Below are positions 10,201 to 19,823 of a stretch of DNA of 64,000 bases, piece by piece (the stretch's first letter is position 1; every line of letters starts with the position of its first letter). This DNA comes from Patescibacteria group bacterium (GTDB lineage Bacteria; Patescibacteriota; Minisyncoccia; Moranbacterales; GWC2-37-73), in assembly GCA_036391995.1 (NCBI GenBank), contig DASVYU010000015.1:350-64349 (forward strand), given 5' to 3'. The notes under the pieces were generated by a model, which saw nothing but the letters and a program-made list of their open reading frames with translations, was not told the DNA's origin and did not search any database. The position numbers were made by a program, and so were the translations under genes.

Positions 10201-10802
10201 GCCAGAGAATAACAGTCGGCGGCGTCATCCAGAAGGCACAGAAGATCCTGACTAAAGCCCAGCAGACCATGTATTTCGTGATGCTAGAAGACACAAAAGG
10301 CAAGATCGAGCTGCTGATCTTCCCCAAAGTCTTGGAACGCATCGCCTCGCTTTGGGAAGCGGAAAAAATAATCCTAGCCGAAGGCCGGCTCAACGACAAA
10401 GACGGCGCCTTCAAATTGATCGTGGATGACGCCAAAGAACTCAACCGCGCCGAAATAGAAAATTACATGCGCATCGAAGCCACCAAGAAGGCCTATGGAC
10501 AAAAAGATGGGGATGACAACAATGATCCAAATGGATCAGCTTCACACAATGATGCGACAATGCAAGAAACCCCAAGCAATCAAACCGGCAGCAAATTGAT
10601 CGTCACGCTTCCCCACAATGCCACACCTGATATGCTGCATTCTTTGCAGAAGCTTTTCAATTCCTGCAAGACTGGCTCTTGCAAAGTTTTCCTGCATCAC
10701 CAAACCAACAAATTGGAAACGCCCTTTTTCATCGAGCATAATCCGACACTAGCAGAAGAAATCAGAAGCATCATCCGAAACGGAAATGTCGAATTAGCTT
10801 GA
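7260..10802 (+). CDS. dnaE: DNA polymerase III alpha subunit
   Basis: PHP domain HLHVHSHYSLLDG, GPGRGSAAGS, SMPDVDMDF, GLLKMDFLGL, OB fold. Confidence 0.98.
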   Translation: MSKYTHLHVHSHYSLLDGLGKIDDLMDRAKELGMESIALTDHGVMYGAVELFIKAKEKGIKPILGCEMYVTPNDLTSKNPTAEDRKRYHLILLVKDDEGYHNLMKLVSIAHIDGFYYKPRIDRKVLRQYSKGLVGLSACVEGEIPAQIVMGNYDKARELALEYKDIFDEDSFFLEVQSHPNFPNQKIANDGIFKLAQELNLPVVATCDVHYVRKEDASAQDILLCVQTNRKVNESDRMNLMDFDLSLRSPEEVAASFPEHPEVISNTQKVVDLCNFHLKLGETQLPHFDVPQGHTALSYLTQMCENGLRKRYGENITREHRQRMEYELSVIEKTGYASYFLIVQDFVNWAKDNGIVVGPGRGSAAGSFVSYLVGITNMDPVKYNLLFERFLNPERVSMPDVDMDFADDKRDLVLEYVRKRYGEDHVSQIITFGTMAARAAIRDTGRALGFPYDFCDKTSKMIPMFTSIKKALEEVPEFKEHYNSSSDAKKLIDNAMRLEGVVRHAGMHACGVVITKNPVTDYSPIQNIAGSREGTVTQYSSSTKSSYVEKIGLLKMDFLGLKNLTIIQNTLRIVRKTHNQDIDIDNIPLDDAEAFKLLQEAHTTGVFQLESSGMKRYLKQLKPTVLEDVIAMVALYRPGPMDWIPDFISGKHGTKKVHYIHPKLEPILANTYGVAVYQEQVMQIARDLAGFSMGEADVLRKAMGKKILDLIQEQKIKFVDGCVKNGIDKTIGEKVFSFIEPFAGYGFNRSHAACYGLIGYQTAYLKAHFPAAFMAALMTSDQGDTDRIAIEASECRDMGIEVLAPDINESFEEFAVIQDTDNVERIRFGFNAIKNVGHVVAHEIVAERKKGGKFKSLGDLLERVQTKDLNKKSIEALAKVGALDNMGERNQIIESMESILSYIKNIQKLKNSNQASLFGETALETPPVPLIETEPASKSQRLKWEKELLGLYVSDHPVAEYQAYIDTVATPLDRLNKEMVGQRITVGGVIQKAQKILTKAQQTMYFVMLEDTKGKIELLIFPKVLERIASLWEAEKIILAEGRLNDKDGAFKLIVDDAKELNRAEIENYMRIEATKKAYGQKDGDDNNDPNGSASHNDATMQETPSNQTGSKLIVTLPHNATPDMLHSLQKLFNSCKTGSCKVFLHHQTNKLETPFFIEHNPTLAEEIRSIIRNGNVELA

Positions 10803-10832
10803 GACATATTCATTACGCAGCATGCTACGTAA

Positions 10833-10863
10833 CAAAAACACCCCAACCAGCGGGGTGTTTTTT
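10833..10863. terminator. Bidirectional intrinsic terminator
   Basis: aaaaacacccc-aaccagc-ggggtgttttt between convergent genes. Confidence 0.75.
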
Positions 10864-10868
10864 GCAAG

Positions 10869-11693
10869 TTATTTGTGCACAATGACTGTCGTGCCGACAT
10901 CCGCCCAATCATAAACTCTCTTGGCAGGACCCACACCCAAACGCACGCAGCCATGCGAAACCGGAATACCCAGATGATTCGCGCCTTCCTGGTAACCACC
11001 AGGCCAAACAGGAAGCTCATGGATGCCGAATTTTCCATCCGACACCAGAGCCATCCAATGAGGCATGAAAAGCGAATATGTACGCGACCAAGCACGCGGA
11101 ACCTTGTTCTGGATCTGATAAGTTCCAATCGGAGTGTCGTAACCTCTTTTGCCGGAAGAAATAAGATAAGCATCCACAGCTTGCCCATTCTCAAACAACA
11201 CCATGTTCTGATGGGAAAGGCTTATATCTATATATTTGCCATCCAAGATTTGCGGCTTGGCATATGTTTTGGCTTCTTCCAAACGAGTAGCAGGATTCTT
11301 ATCGCGTACAATCGGAACTTTTTCAATAGCCGCTTGCTGCGTTTGCGTCAATTCAGGCTTGCCATCATCCACAACTGCAAGCGGAGAATTTTCAGGAGTC
11401 GGTTGTGATTCAAGTGCTGGCTGTTGAGCTTCTGTTTTATAACCAAAAGAAGCGTCTGTTGCCTTTGTTGGATCAGGAGCTTTGACTTGCTGAGCTTTTG
11501 CATTAGGGCGCGACTGGCGAAGATGCGCTTGAATAAAGAATGTGGCAGCAACGGAAACGCTTATGACTGCTATTGCACCGAAAATTTTGCGGACCCGATG
11601 AGGATTATCCTTATGTGGAATAAATGAATGCATACTTTTTTTGTTTTTTGTGTTGGCTATGTATATTCTAGCATGCCTTGCTTTTTTAGACAT
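10869..11693 (-). CDS. L,D-transpeptidase (YkuD family), membrane anchored
   Basis: TPIGTY, FGIHELP, SHGCVRL catalytic motif; start could be 11630. Confidence 0.9.
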   Translation of the reverse strand: MSKKARHARIYIANTKNKKSMHSFIPHKDNPHRVRKIFGAIAVISVSVAATFFIQAHLRQSRPNAKAQQVKAPDPTKATDASFGYKTEAQQPALESQPTPENSPLAVVDDGKPELTQTQQAAIEKVPIVRDKNPATRLEEAKTYAKPQILDGKYIDISLSHQNMVLFENGQAVDAYLISSGKRGYDTPIGTYQIQNKVPRAWSRTYSLFMPHWMALVSDGKFGIHELPVWPGGYQEGANHLGIPVSHGCVRLGVGPAKRVYDWADVGTTVIVHK

Positions 11694-11715
11694 TACAGGT
11701 TATATTTCATTCACA

Positions 11716-11880
11716 ACCAAATGAGGCTGCGGCTTACCGACCCGCATGAAGGCTTCCGTTTAAGCAGCTTACGAATAAGCGCCAAAGTGCCCAAGCAATG
11801 CGGGAAATCGAGTGGAACCTCCTGTCGCTCTCGAGCGACTGGACTCGATGCAGGAAATTATTTCCTATCCTTTATTGTTT
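11716..11880 (+). promoter_or_regulatory. T-box riboswitch (Thr) upstream of thrS
   Basis: Short stem tgcgg-cttACCgac-ccgca; antiterminator tcgag-TGGAACC-tcc...gga-ctcga; terminator weak. Confidence 0.6.
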
Positions 11881-11990
11881 GAGCATTTTATTTTATAAAA
11901 AATTTAAAAGACTAAATTTGAAATTTTAAAACATTTAGTAATTTAAAACTTAAAATTTAAAATTATAACCAAATTTTTTCAATCAATTGT

Positions 11991-13733
11991 ATGAAAAGCA
12001 ATCAAGACAAATTAGAAATTCTCCGCCACTCCGCCGCCCACATCCTAGCCGCTGCCGTGTTGGAAATGTTCCCTGAAGCCAAGTTCGGCATCGGACCAGC
12101 TATAGAGAACGGCTTCTATTATGACTTCGAGCTTCCTCGCACCCTCATCCCTGAAGATCTGCCTTTGCTCGAAGAGAAAATGAAAGCCATTATCGCAGCC
12201 AACCATTCTTTCGAGCGCGCCGACATCAGCATCGAGAGCGCCTTAGAAAAATTCAAGGAAAGGGATCAGAAATACAAGTTGGAACTCATCGATGATCTCA
12301 AGAATCAAGGCGAGAAGACTGTTTCTATCTACAAATCAGGCCATTTCGTGGATCTTTGCGCTGGACCGCATGTGGACTCCACTGGAGAAATCAATGCTGA
12401 AGCTCTTATGCTCACCAAGATCTCCGGTGCATATTGGAAAGGAGATGCTGAAAAAGCCCAGCTTCAAAGAGTATATGGGGTGCTTTTTGAGACCAAGGAA
12501 GAGTTGGAGAATTACAAAACGCAGCAAGAGGAAGCTGCTAAAAGAGACCACAAGAAACTGGGACGAGAACTGGATTTATTCTCTTTTCATCCGGAAGCTC
12601 CCGGCATGGCATTCTGGCATCCGAAAGGCATGATCATCTGGAATGAATTGGAGAAATTCGGAAAAGCTCTGCGTAAAAAGTACGGCAGCCTTGAGATCCA
12701 AACTCCGCAGCTAGCCAAAAACACTCTCTGGAAAACTTCAGGCCATTGGGACCATTACAAGGACGATATGTTTTCTTTCAATGTTGAAGAAGATGTCTAT
12801 TGCCTCAAGCCAATGGATTGCCCATTCAATATCAAGATATACCAAACCCAGCAGCGCTCATACAAGGAATTGCCTATCCGGTACACTGAGATAGGACGCG
12901 TCATGCGTAACGAAAAATCAGGAGAACTGAATGGCTTGCTGCGCGTCAGAGGAATCACACAAGATGATGCCCACATTTTCGCCATGGAATCGCAAGTCGA
13001 GGAGGAAATAAGCTCTTTATTGAAGATGGTCAAGGAATATTATGCCGTTTTCAACATCCAGCCAAAATTCTTCCTGTCCACTAGGCCAGATGATTTCATG
13101 GGAGAGGCAGCCACCTGGGATCAAGCAGAACAGGATCTCAAGAGCGCACTTGCCAATGAAGAAATAACATACGGGCTCAAAGAAAAAGACGGCGCCTTTT
13201 ATGGACCCAAGATAGACATCAACATAAAAGATGCATTGGGAAGATCATGGCAATTGGCAACCATCCAGCTCGATTTCCAGCTTCCGCAGCGCTTCGAATT
13301 GGAATACATCAATAGCAACGGGCAAAAGAAAACTCCTGTCATGATACATGCTGCGATCTTCGGATCACTCGAGCGTTTTATCGGAATATATCTGGAACAC
13401 ACCGGAGGAAATTTGCCTCTTTGGCTCTCCCCTATCCAAGTCACCATTCTGCCTATCTCTACTGAAAAATTCGGAAACTACGCCAAGGAGGTAGAGACGC
13501 AATTGATTGCATCTGGCGTCCGTGTTGAGATCAATGACAAGGCAGATTCTCTAGGCAAAAGGATTTCTGAAACTGAAAAGCAGAAAGTGCCATATATCCT
13601 GGTTGTCGGCCAACGCGAGATGGATGAAAAGACTGTGAATGTCAGGGCGCGCGGAGTTAAAGAACAGCAAACACTAGCAATTGACGCCTTTGTGGAAAAA
13701 GTGGTAAAAGAAATTGAGGAAAAAAATAGTTAG
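11991..13733 (+). CDS. thrS: Threonine--tRNA ligase (lacks N-terminal TGS domain)
   Basis: LRHSAAH, DLCAGPH, LKPMDCP, GAFYGPKID, GSLERFIG. Confidence 0.97.
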   Translation: MKSNQDKLEILRHSAAHILAAAVLEMFPEAKFGIGPAIENGFYYDFELPRTLIPEDLPLLEEKMKAIIAANHSFERADISIESALEKFKERDQKYKLELIDDLKNQGEKTVSIYKSGHFVDLCAGPHVDSTGEINAEALMLTKISGAYWKGDAEKAQLQRVYGVLFETKEELENYKTQQEEAAKRDHKKLGRELDLFSFHPEAPGMAFWHPKGMIIWNELEKFGKALRKKYGSLEIQTPQLAKNTLWKTSGHWDHYKDDMFSFNVEEDVYCLKPMDCPFNIKIYQTQQRSYKELPIRYTEIGRVMRNEKSGELNGLLRVRGITQDDAHIFAMESQVEEEISSLLKMVKEYYAVFNIQPKFFLSTRPDDFMGEAATWDQAEQDLKSALANEEITYGLKEKDGAFYGPKIDINIKDALGRSWQLATIQLDFQLPQRFELEYINSNGQKKTPVMIHAAIFGSLERFIGIYLEHTGGNLPLWLSPIQVTILPISTEKFGNYAKEVETQLIASGVRVEINDKADSLGKRISETEKQKVPYILVVGQREMDEKTVNVRARGVKEQQTLAIDAFVEKVVKEIEEKNS

Positions 13734-13763
13734 TAGCTTAAATTTCCATATAGGAGGTGCCAG

Positions 13764-13967
13764 ATGTCGAGCCACACTTATTTGGCAGGAGAAGGTAAGT
13801 CCAGTGTGATCCTCACCAAGAAACTGGGCGTCATTGACGGAACGCCCAAGCCTCTTAATGAGCGCGGCTACAAACTGAAGGCAGATCCCAAAAGGGTTGC
13901 GCCCGGCAAGAGATCATCCAAGAAAAAACCCGCTCACACGGCCAATAAACTCCTCAAAAAGGTCTGA
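13764..13967 (+). CDS. Small basic hypothetical protein
   Basis: Strong SD (aggaggt) before ATG, followed by a terminator-like hairpin at ~13990-14025. Confidence 0.55.
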   Translation: MSSHTYLAGEGKSSVILTKKLGVIDGTPKPLNERGYKLKADPKRVAPGKRSSKKKPAHTANKLLKKV

Positions 13968-14039
13968 CTGTGCCGGTCCGTCAAAAATCGGGAGTTGCGT
14001 TTAAACGCTGCTCCCCTATTTTTTTAATTGTAGCTATTT

Positions 14040-15356
14040 ATGAAATATTCAATCAAGACATTCGGCTGCGCTATGAATCATTCTGACAGCGAGAGATTGG
14101 CTTCCTTTTTGGAAAGCAAAGGTTTTGAGCTTGCAGAAAAAATAGACAGCGCGGACTTGGTCATCATCAACACGTGCGGCGTGCGTCAAATGGCTGAGGA
14201 CCGCGTGTATGGCATGATCCATAATATAAGAAAAAAAGAAAAACTAGAAGCTAAGAGCCAAAAGCTGAAAACTATAATTATGACGGGCTGTATTGCCCAT
14301 CGCAAAGATGTCCAACGCCGCATGAAAGGCAAGGTGGATCTGTTTACGGAAATAAAAGACTTTACGGATAATTTCAATAAACTCAAAATCGCAAATAAAG
14401 AAACGAAAACTACCAGTGAAACTATAGATTATCTCTCCATAAATCCTAAGCACACTAACTCCTTCCAAGCTTTTATTCCCATCATGACAGGCTGCAACAA
14501 TTTCTGCGCTTACTGTGTGGTGCCCCATGCACGCGGCAGAGAAACATCCCGGGCCGCCGAAGAAATCCTAAGCGAAGTGAAAAATATCATAGCTCAAGAC
14601 TGCAAGCACATCACGCTTCTCGGACAGAATGTTAACTCTTATCGCGGAACATTCAAAGGTAAGGAAATAAATTTTGCCAAGCTTCTGAAGATGATCGATA
14701 AGATCTCAGGAAAATTCTGGATCACATTCACCTCCTCACATCCCAAGGATATGAGCGACGAGCTGATCGAAACGATCGCAAAATGCAAGAAAGTATGCGA
14801 AAGCGTGCATCTTCCAGTGCAAGCCGGCAACGATGAAGTGCTGCGCAGAATGAACAGAAAATACACACAGAAACACTATCTCGGCCGCATCAGCAAAATA
14901 AGATCGTCTTTCAAGAAATATAAGCCGAAATTATTATTTTCAATCTCTTCGGATATTATCGTCGGATTCCCTGGCGAAACAAAAAAACAATTCGAGGATT
15001 CTGAAATAGTCATGAAAAAAGCCAAGTTTGACATGGTGTATTTCGGACAATTCTCACCACGCCCAGGCACTGCAGCTTGGCAGATGAAAAACAATATCTC
15101 CAAAAAAGAAAAAGAGCGCCGCGAAAAAGCGCTCAACGAAATCCTGAAAAAGACCGCGCTTGCCAACAGCAAGAAATATATCAGCACGACTCAGGAAGTA
15201 CTGCTCGAGAAAGAAAAGAATGGAGCATATTTCGGCAAGACTCGCTCACAGAAAAATGTAAAGATTGTCTCAAAAAAGAAAATCGCCATCGGAAATTTCA
15301 CAAAGGTGAAAATAACCAAAGCTAATATTTGGAATCTGGAAGGAGAAATAAAATAA
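14040..15356 (+). CDS. miaB: tRNA-2-methylthio-N6-dimethylallyladenosine synthase
   Basis: TFGCAMNHSDSE, NTCGVR, GCNNFCAYC, SDIIVGFPGET, C-terminal TRAM domain. Confidence 0.93.
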   Translation: MKYSIKTFGCAMNHSDSERLASFLESKGFELAEKIDSADLVIINTCGVRQMAEDRVYGMIHNIRKKEKLEAKSQKLKTIIMTGCIAHRKDVQRRMKGKVDLFTEIKDFTDNFNKLKIANKETKTTSETIDYLSINPKHTNSFQAFIPIMTGCNNFCAYCVVPHARGRETSRAAEEILSEVKNIIAQDCKHITLLGQNVNSYRGTFKGKEINFAKLLKMIDKISGKFWITFTSSHPKDMSDELIETIAKCKKVCESVHLPVQAGNDEVLRRMNRKYTQKHYLGRISKIRSSFKKYKPKLLFSISSDIIVGFPGETKKQFEDSEIVMKKAKFDMVYFGQFSPRPGTAAWQMKNNISKKEKERREKALNEILKKTALANSKKYISTTQEVLLEKEKNGAYFGKTRSQKNVKIVSKKKIAIGNFTKVKITKANIWNLEGEIK

Positions 15357-15403
15357 GGACCACACCTACGTTTAGTGTGGTCCTAAAGTTCAAATATTCA
15401 TCC

Positions 15404-15775
15404 CTATTGTTGGCTGAGAAGCCTGTTTATGCATTTGTGAAGTTCACTGAAATCCAGCGGCTTCTCAAAAAATGCATCTGCTCTTTTGACAGCACTTCTG
15501 AGATCATCAGGAAGGCTGCAACTAATAAGAATAACAGGAATGTCATCCCCGCCGAGACGGAGAGTGGACAAAAGCGTTATACCATCAGTTACACAGTCAG
15601 CTTCGGGCATAAATACATCCGAAACTATAAGGTCGGGCTTTACTTCTCGTAAGATGCCCATAGCTTCCCTACCATTTTCCGCTTGACTGACCTCATGGCC
15701 ATACTTACGCTTCAGAATCTCCGCAATCAAGTATCTTGTCGTAGGATCATCATCAACCACCAGAATCTTACTCAT
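15404..15775 (-). CDS. Single-domain response regulator (CheY-like receiver)
   Basis: ILVVDDD, DLIVSDVFMP, FEKP; SD gaaaggag upstream. Confidence 0.85.
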   Translation of the reverse strand: MSKILVVDDDPTTRYLIAEILKRKYGHEVSQAENGREAMGILREVKPDLIVSDVFMPEADCVTDGITLLSTLRLGGDDIPVILISCSLPDDLRSAVKRADAFFEKPLDFSELHKCINRLLSQQ

Positions 15776-15908
15776 GTCCAAACTCCTTTCCTCAGATGAG
15801 ATTAAAAATACGGGAAGTCAATTACTTGCCCTTTGTAAAAAATTGTATTTATTGAGTTTTTAATGACCAAATTTGCCTTCTTGCTTGTCCATAGTATACT
15901 CTCAAGAT

Positions 15909-16820
15909 ATGCCCAATGCAAAACCAAAAATTATCATTATCCTTGGCCCAACCGCTTCGGGAAAATCCGATGCAGCCATTAAACTTGCCAAGAAATTCAA
16001 TGGCGAAATCATTTCAGCTGACAGCCGCCAGGTTTTCCGCAAAATGGACATAGGCACAGGCAAAGTTCCTGGCGCCTTACAAAAAGGCATTTTTATCTCG
16101 GATGGAATTGCACATCATCTGATCGATGTTGCTGATCCAGGCGAAGAGTTAAACATATCACATTTTATTGAAATTGTCAATAAGACTATACCCGACATTT
16201 TGAAGCGCGGAAAGCTCCCCATCATATGCGGCGGCACCGGATTCTGGATCAAAGCGATCGTCGACAACACTGCCCTGCCTGAAGTCAAACCTGACGAAAA
16301 GTTACGTAACTTGCTACGTAGCAAATCAGCAGAAGAACTTTTTGTCCAGCTGCAGAAACTCGACAGTGAGCGTGCCGAGATCATCGACAAAAACAACTCT
16401 GTGCGCCTGATCCGCGCCATTGAAATTGCAACTGCTTTAGGCAAAGTACCACAAACAAAATCAACTGATTCAAAATACGAGTTTTTGCAAATAGGACTAG
16501 AGGTGCCACGCGAATTGTTAAATGCGAAAATAAAAAAGCGCTTAGAAGCTCGTTTTAATGAGGGCATGATCGATGAAGTGAAGAACTTACTCAGCACAGG
16601 AGTGAGTCCCGAATGGCTGGAAAGAATAGGCCTCGAATATCGCTGGATTGCCAGATATCTGCAAAATAAAATTGATTTGAAAGAAATGCAGAAAAAGCTT
16701 TATTTCGACATCATCCACTATGCCAAACGCCAGATGACTTGGTTCAAAAAAGACCAAAGGATCATGTGGCTCAAGGATTATTCCGAAATAGAAACTGTCG
16801 TCAAAAACTTCTTAAAATAA
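15909..16820 (+). CDS. miaA: tRNA dimethylallyltransferase
   Basis: GPTASGKS, ISADSRQV, GGTGFW, YAKRQMTWF. Confidence 0.96.
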   Translation: MPNAKPKIIIILGPTASGKSDAAIKLAKKFNGEIISADSRQVFRKMDIGTGKVPGALQKGIFISDGIAHHLIDVADPGEELNISHFIEIVNKTIPDILKRGKLPIICGGTGFWIKAIVDNTALPEVKPDEKLRNLLRSKSAEELFVQLQKLDSERAEIIDKNNSVRLIRAIEIATALGKVPQTKSTDSKYEFLQIGLEVPRELLNAKIKKRLEARFNEGMIDEVKNLLSTGVSPEWLERIGLEYRWIARYLQNKIDLKEMQKKLYFDIIHYAKRQMTWFKKDQRIMWLKDYSEIETVVKNFLK

Positions 16821-16864
16821 AACTGGGGGCTGACGCGTGGCGTCAGCCCTTTGAATCTCCGCCG

Positions 16865-17098
16865 CTATGCAGCGCGATGGAAAATAGGATGCCGGGCGAA
16901 CTCAATTTTCGTTGTATGTTTCCCGCATACATCATTGGGTGACCCGGTCAGAGTATCCAAACATTCCATCCGTTGGATCCTATCGCAGTTGGTGACGCAT
17001 AAACCCTTGGAACATCCGAATAGTTCTCCGCATTTCGTGCAAAGCAATGCTTCTCTTTGCTTGCCTCGCACCACCACGTAAGTTTCGATTCTTCGCAT
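16865..17098 (-). CDS. Small Cys-rich hypothetical protein (possible Zn-binding)
   Basis: CTKC plus five further Cys; SD-like gaaaggtgg upstream. Confidence 0.45.
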   Translation of the reverse strand: MRRIETYVVVRGKQREALLCTKCGELFGCSKGLCVTNCDRIQRMECLDTLTGSPNDVCGKHTTKIEFARHPIFHRAA

Positions 17099-17310
17099 GA
17101 CAGCCACCTTTCTGCGCCTCACAGGACGCCGTTAAAAGTGAAAAGAACAAAAAATCGCCTGTTGGCGACTGCTTAAAAGAACCTTATTCTACCATTCCTA
17201 TGTTGTGTTATGTTTTTCATAGGCTTTTTCATATTATACACCCCGCAAAACAGCATTCCAAATTGACTTATGCACAGCCTATTTTTGCCTTGTTTTCGGC
17301 ACTTTTACCT

Positions 17311-17339
17311 CTTGACATAGTGATTATTTTCTGCTATAA
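17311..17339 (+). promoter_or_regulatory. Sigma-70-like promoter
   Basis: TTGACA-17 nt-TATAAA upstream of the ORF at 17383. Confidence 0.6.
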
Positions 17340-17382
17340 ATATAAGTTATTTAAAAACACACCAACAGAAAAGGAGGACGTC

Positions 17383-17730
17383 ATGGCAAACATAGATAGA
17401 AACACAACTGTAGGCTGTATGCGCGAGGCAAAGCGTGGTGAAAACAACACACTCATAATCAAGCTTTTGCCGAAGGCGGATCCGATGGCCATAATCCATG
17501 GCATCTGCTTGCGGGTATACAAGACAGTTAGCAACGCCTTGGTAAACGAAGGCATTGCCAAGCTTCTTTGTAAAGCTGGAGTGCCAGTATCTGATGCAGC
17601 CAGAGCGGCTAAGGAGAATGGTCAACTGGTCATTCCCCTGTCGATAGAAATGCCACCCAACTGTAATATTCTCTTCTTCTATAGAAAAGGAGGCAGAAGT
17701 GTGAGCGGAATCCCGTTCACGATTCCATAG
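17383..17730 (+). CDS. Hypothetical protein
   Basis: Promoter, SD aaggagg, and downstream terminator at ~17755-17790. Confidence 0.65.
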   Translation: MANIDRNTTVGCMREAKRGENNTLIIKLLPKADPMAIIHGICLRVYKTVSNALVNEGIAKLLCKAGVPVSDAARAAKENGQLVIPLSIEMPPNCNILFFYRKGGRSVSGIPFTIP

Positions 17731-17809
17731 GAGCACAACAGGAGGAGGGATAACAAAAAAGCGGACCAGCTATCATGCCGGCCCGCTTTTTAAATTTCCT
17801 TTTTCGTTT

Positions 17810-18268
17810 TTACATGTTCGCTCTCAATTTTTCAGTATCAACGGCTTCAAATTCAGCAAATTTAATTTTCACTTGCGCCAGACGTTCATCAAGTTCCTTA
17901 TATCCTTCATTCTTATAAATAGCATCCAGGCTCTTTATTTGCTCGGCAACGTCAGCCACTTTAGCATTAAAAAGACTCGCCTGCAAAGAATCACCATCGG
18001 AGCGTACCCCGTCAAAAAGAGTGTCCAGAGCAGACAGGTCTATCTCCAAAGACTTGATGCTGGCTTCATAATTGCCTCTTTCAGCTTCGACATCTTTTTG
18101 AGTTTCAGGACTGATCTGCGCAGCCAATTTTCTTGCCTCATTTTCAACATCTTTTTCGCGTAAATTTACTGTAGCACGCAAAGCCTCACGCTTACTCAAA
18201 TCATCTTCACCAGTCTTAGGATCAACCATTGGAGAGAATTTTCCTTCAAAATAATTCTTGTTTCCCAT
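17810..18268 (-). CDS. Hypothetical helical/coiled-coil protein
   Basis: 152-aa charged helical ORF with its own TTGACA...TATAAT-like promoter upstream. Confidence 0.65.
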   Translation of the reverse strand: MGNKNYFEGKFSPMVDPKTGEDDLSKREALRATVNLREKDVENEARKLAAQISPETQKDVEAERGNYEASIKSLEIDLSALDTLFDGVRSDGDSLQASLFNAKVADVAEQIKSLDAIYKNEGYKELDERLAQVKIKFAEFEAVDTEKLRANM

Positions 18269-18335
18269 GTTTTTGGTTGTTAATGGATTACACCTACCTT
18301 ATTATATTATACACATATTTTTATCTTTTGTCAAA

Positions 18336-19805
18336 TTAAGAAAGCTTTTTTCTGAGCATTTCCATCACCACTCCCGGATTAGCCTTACCTTGCGTCTGCT
18401 TCATGACCTGCCCCATCAGGAACTGCAGCGCGTTCTGCTTGCCGGCTTTGAAGTCCGCCACGGACTGTTCATTGGCAGAAAGCACGCTGTCCACAGCTTC
18501 TTCCAAAGCGCCGGTGTCGCTCATCTGTCCCAAGTTCTTTTCCTCCACAATCTGCGAAGGGTCGCCACCCGTGTGATACATTTCCTTGAGTACCACCTGC
18601 GCCGCACTGGAATTGATTTTGCCATCCGCCACCATACCAATGAGCTCAGCATAATTTTCCGCGTTGATCTTGAGATCACGCACATCATGCTTGTTTTCCA
18701 TCAAATGCTTCCTAAGTTCTGAAATGATATAATTCACGGCCAGCTTGATCACTTTCTCCTTGAATGCTTCAATCTCATGCGAAGCGATCTTTTCTTCGAT
18801 CTCACTCAGCACGCTTTCAAAATAATCTGCCAGATCTTTCTGTGCAGTCAACACGGAAACTTCCTGGGCGTTTAGTCCATATTGATCAGCAAATCTCTTT
18901 TCCTTTTCAGCTGGCAGTTCAGGCAAGCGCAACCTCAATTCTTCGACATATTCCTTGGTAAATTCCATTGGCGGAATGTCAGGTTCTGGGAAATAGCGAT
19001 AGTCATGCGCAGACTCTTTCTTTCTTTGCGAGACAGTTACATTCTTGACGCTGTCCCATCCGCGTGTTTCCTGCACGATCTCTTCACCATTGTCCAAAGC
19101 AGCAGTCTGCCTTTCAATTTCATAGTTGATGGCTTTCTCTACGAAGCGGAAAGAGTTGATGTTCTTTACTTCTACCTTGGTGCCGGAAAGTTTTTCTTCG
19201 CCCTCTTTGTGCAGTGAAAGATTCACTTCGCATCTCATGTTGCCTTTTTCCATGTCCGCATCGGAAATTCCCAGATAGCGACAGATCTGCTGCAAGCGCG
19301 TACAAAATTCACGGGCTTCTTCTCCGGTTTCAATGTCAGGCTCAGTGACCAGTTCCATGAGCGGCACACCGGCGCGGTTATAGTCCACCAGGGTGTAGTC
19401 AGCGCCTTCTGGATGAATAAGCTTGCCAGTATCCTCCTCCATGTGAATGCGAGTAATACCTATCCTTTTGCCATTGATGTCAATGTGTCCCAGTCCGCAT
19501 AGTGGCTGATCGTATTGCGAGATCTGATAGCCTTTCGGAAGATCGGGATAGAAATAGTTCTTGCGGTCGAATTTGGATTTGAGATTCAATTCGCAATTAA
19601 GAGCCAATCCTGCAAGCTGCACGAATTCGATCGCTTGGCGATTAGGCACCGGCAATGTGCCTGGCTGGCCAGTACAGACGGGACAGATATGGATGTTCGG
19701 TTCCTTTTCTTGTCCGAGACCGTTTTTGGAATTACAAAACATCTTGGAATGCGTCTTGAGCTCCACATGGATTTCCATGCCGATGACTGGGATATATTTT
19801 GCCAT
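18336..19805 (-). CDS. gatB: Asp/Glu-tRNA amidotransferase subunit B
   Basis: IGMEIHVEL, RKNYFYPDLPKGYQISQ, DYNRAGVPLMELVTEP, YRYFPEPD. Confidence 0.98.
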   Translation of the reverse strand: MAKYIPVIGMEIHVELKTHSKMFCNSKNGLGQEKEPNIHICPVCTGQPGTLPVPNRQAIEFVQLAGLALNCELNLKSKFDRKNYFYPDLPKGYQISQYDQPLCGLGHIDINGKRIGITRIHMEEDTGKLIHPEGADYTLVDYNRAGVPLMELVTEPDIETGEEAREFCTRLQQICRYLGISDADMEKGNMRCEVNLSLHKEGEEKLSGTKVEVKNINSFRFVEKAINYEIERQTAALDNGEEIVQETRGWDSVKNVTVSQRKKESAHDYRYFPEPDIPPMEFTKEYVEELRLRLPELPAEKEKRFADQYGLNAQEVSVLTAQKDLADYFESVLSEIEEKIASHEIEAFKEKVIKLAVNYIISELRKHLMENKHDVRDLKINAENYAELIGMVADGKINSSAAQVVLKEMYHTGGDPSQIVEEKNLGQMSDTGALEEAVDSVLSANEQSVADFKAGKQNALQFLMGQVMKQTQGKANPGVVMEMLRKKLS

Positions 19806-19823
19806 AATTTTGAAATATTAAAC

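Noticed and set aside
7260-10802. Intein in DnaE
   Set aside because: The length is normal and no intein splice-junction or LAGLIDADG motifs were seen.
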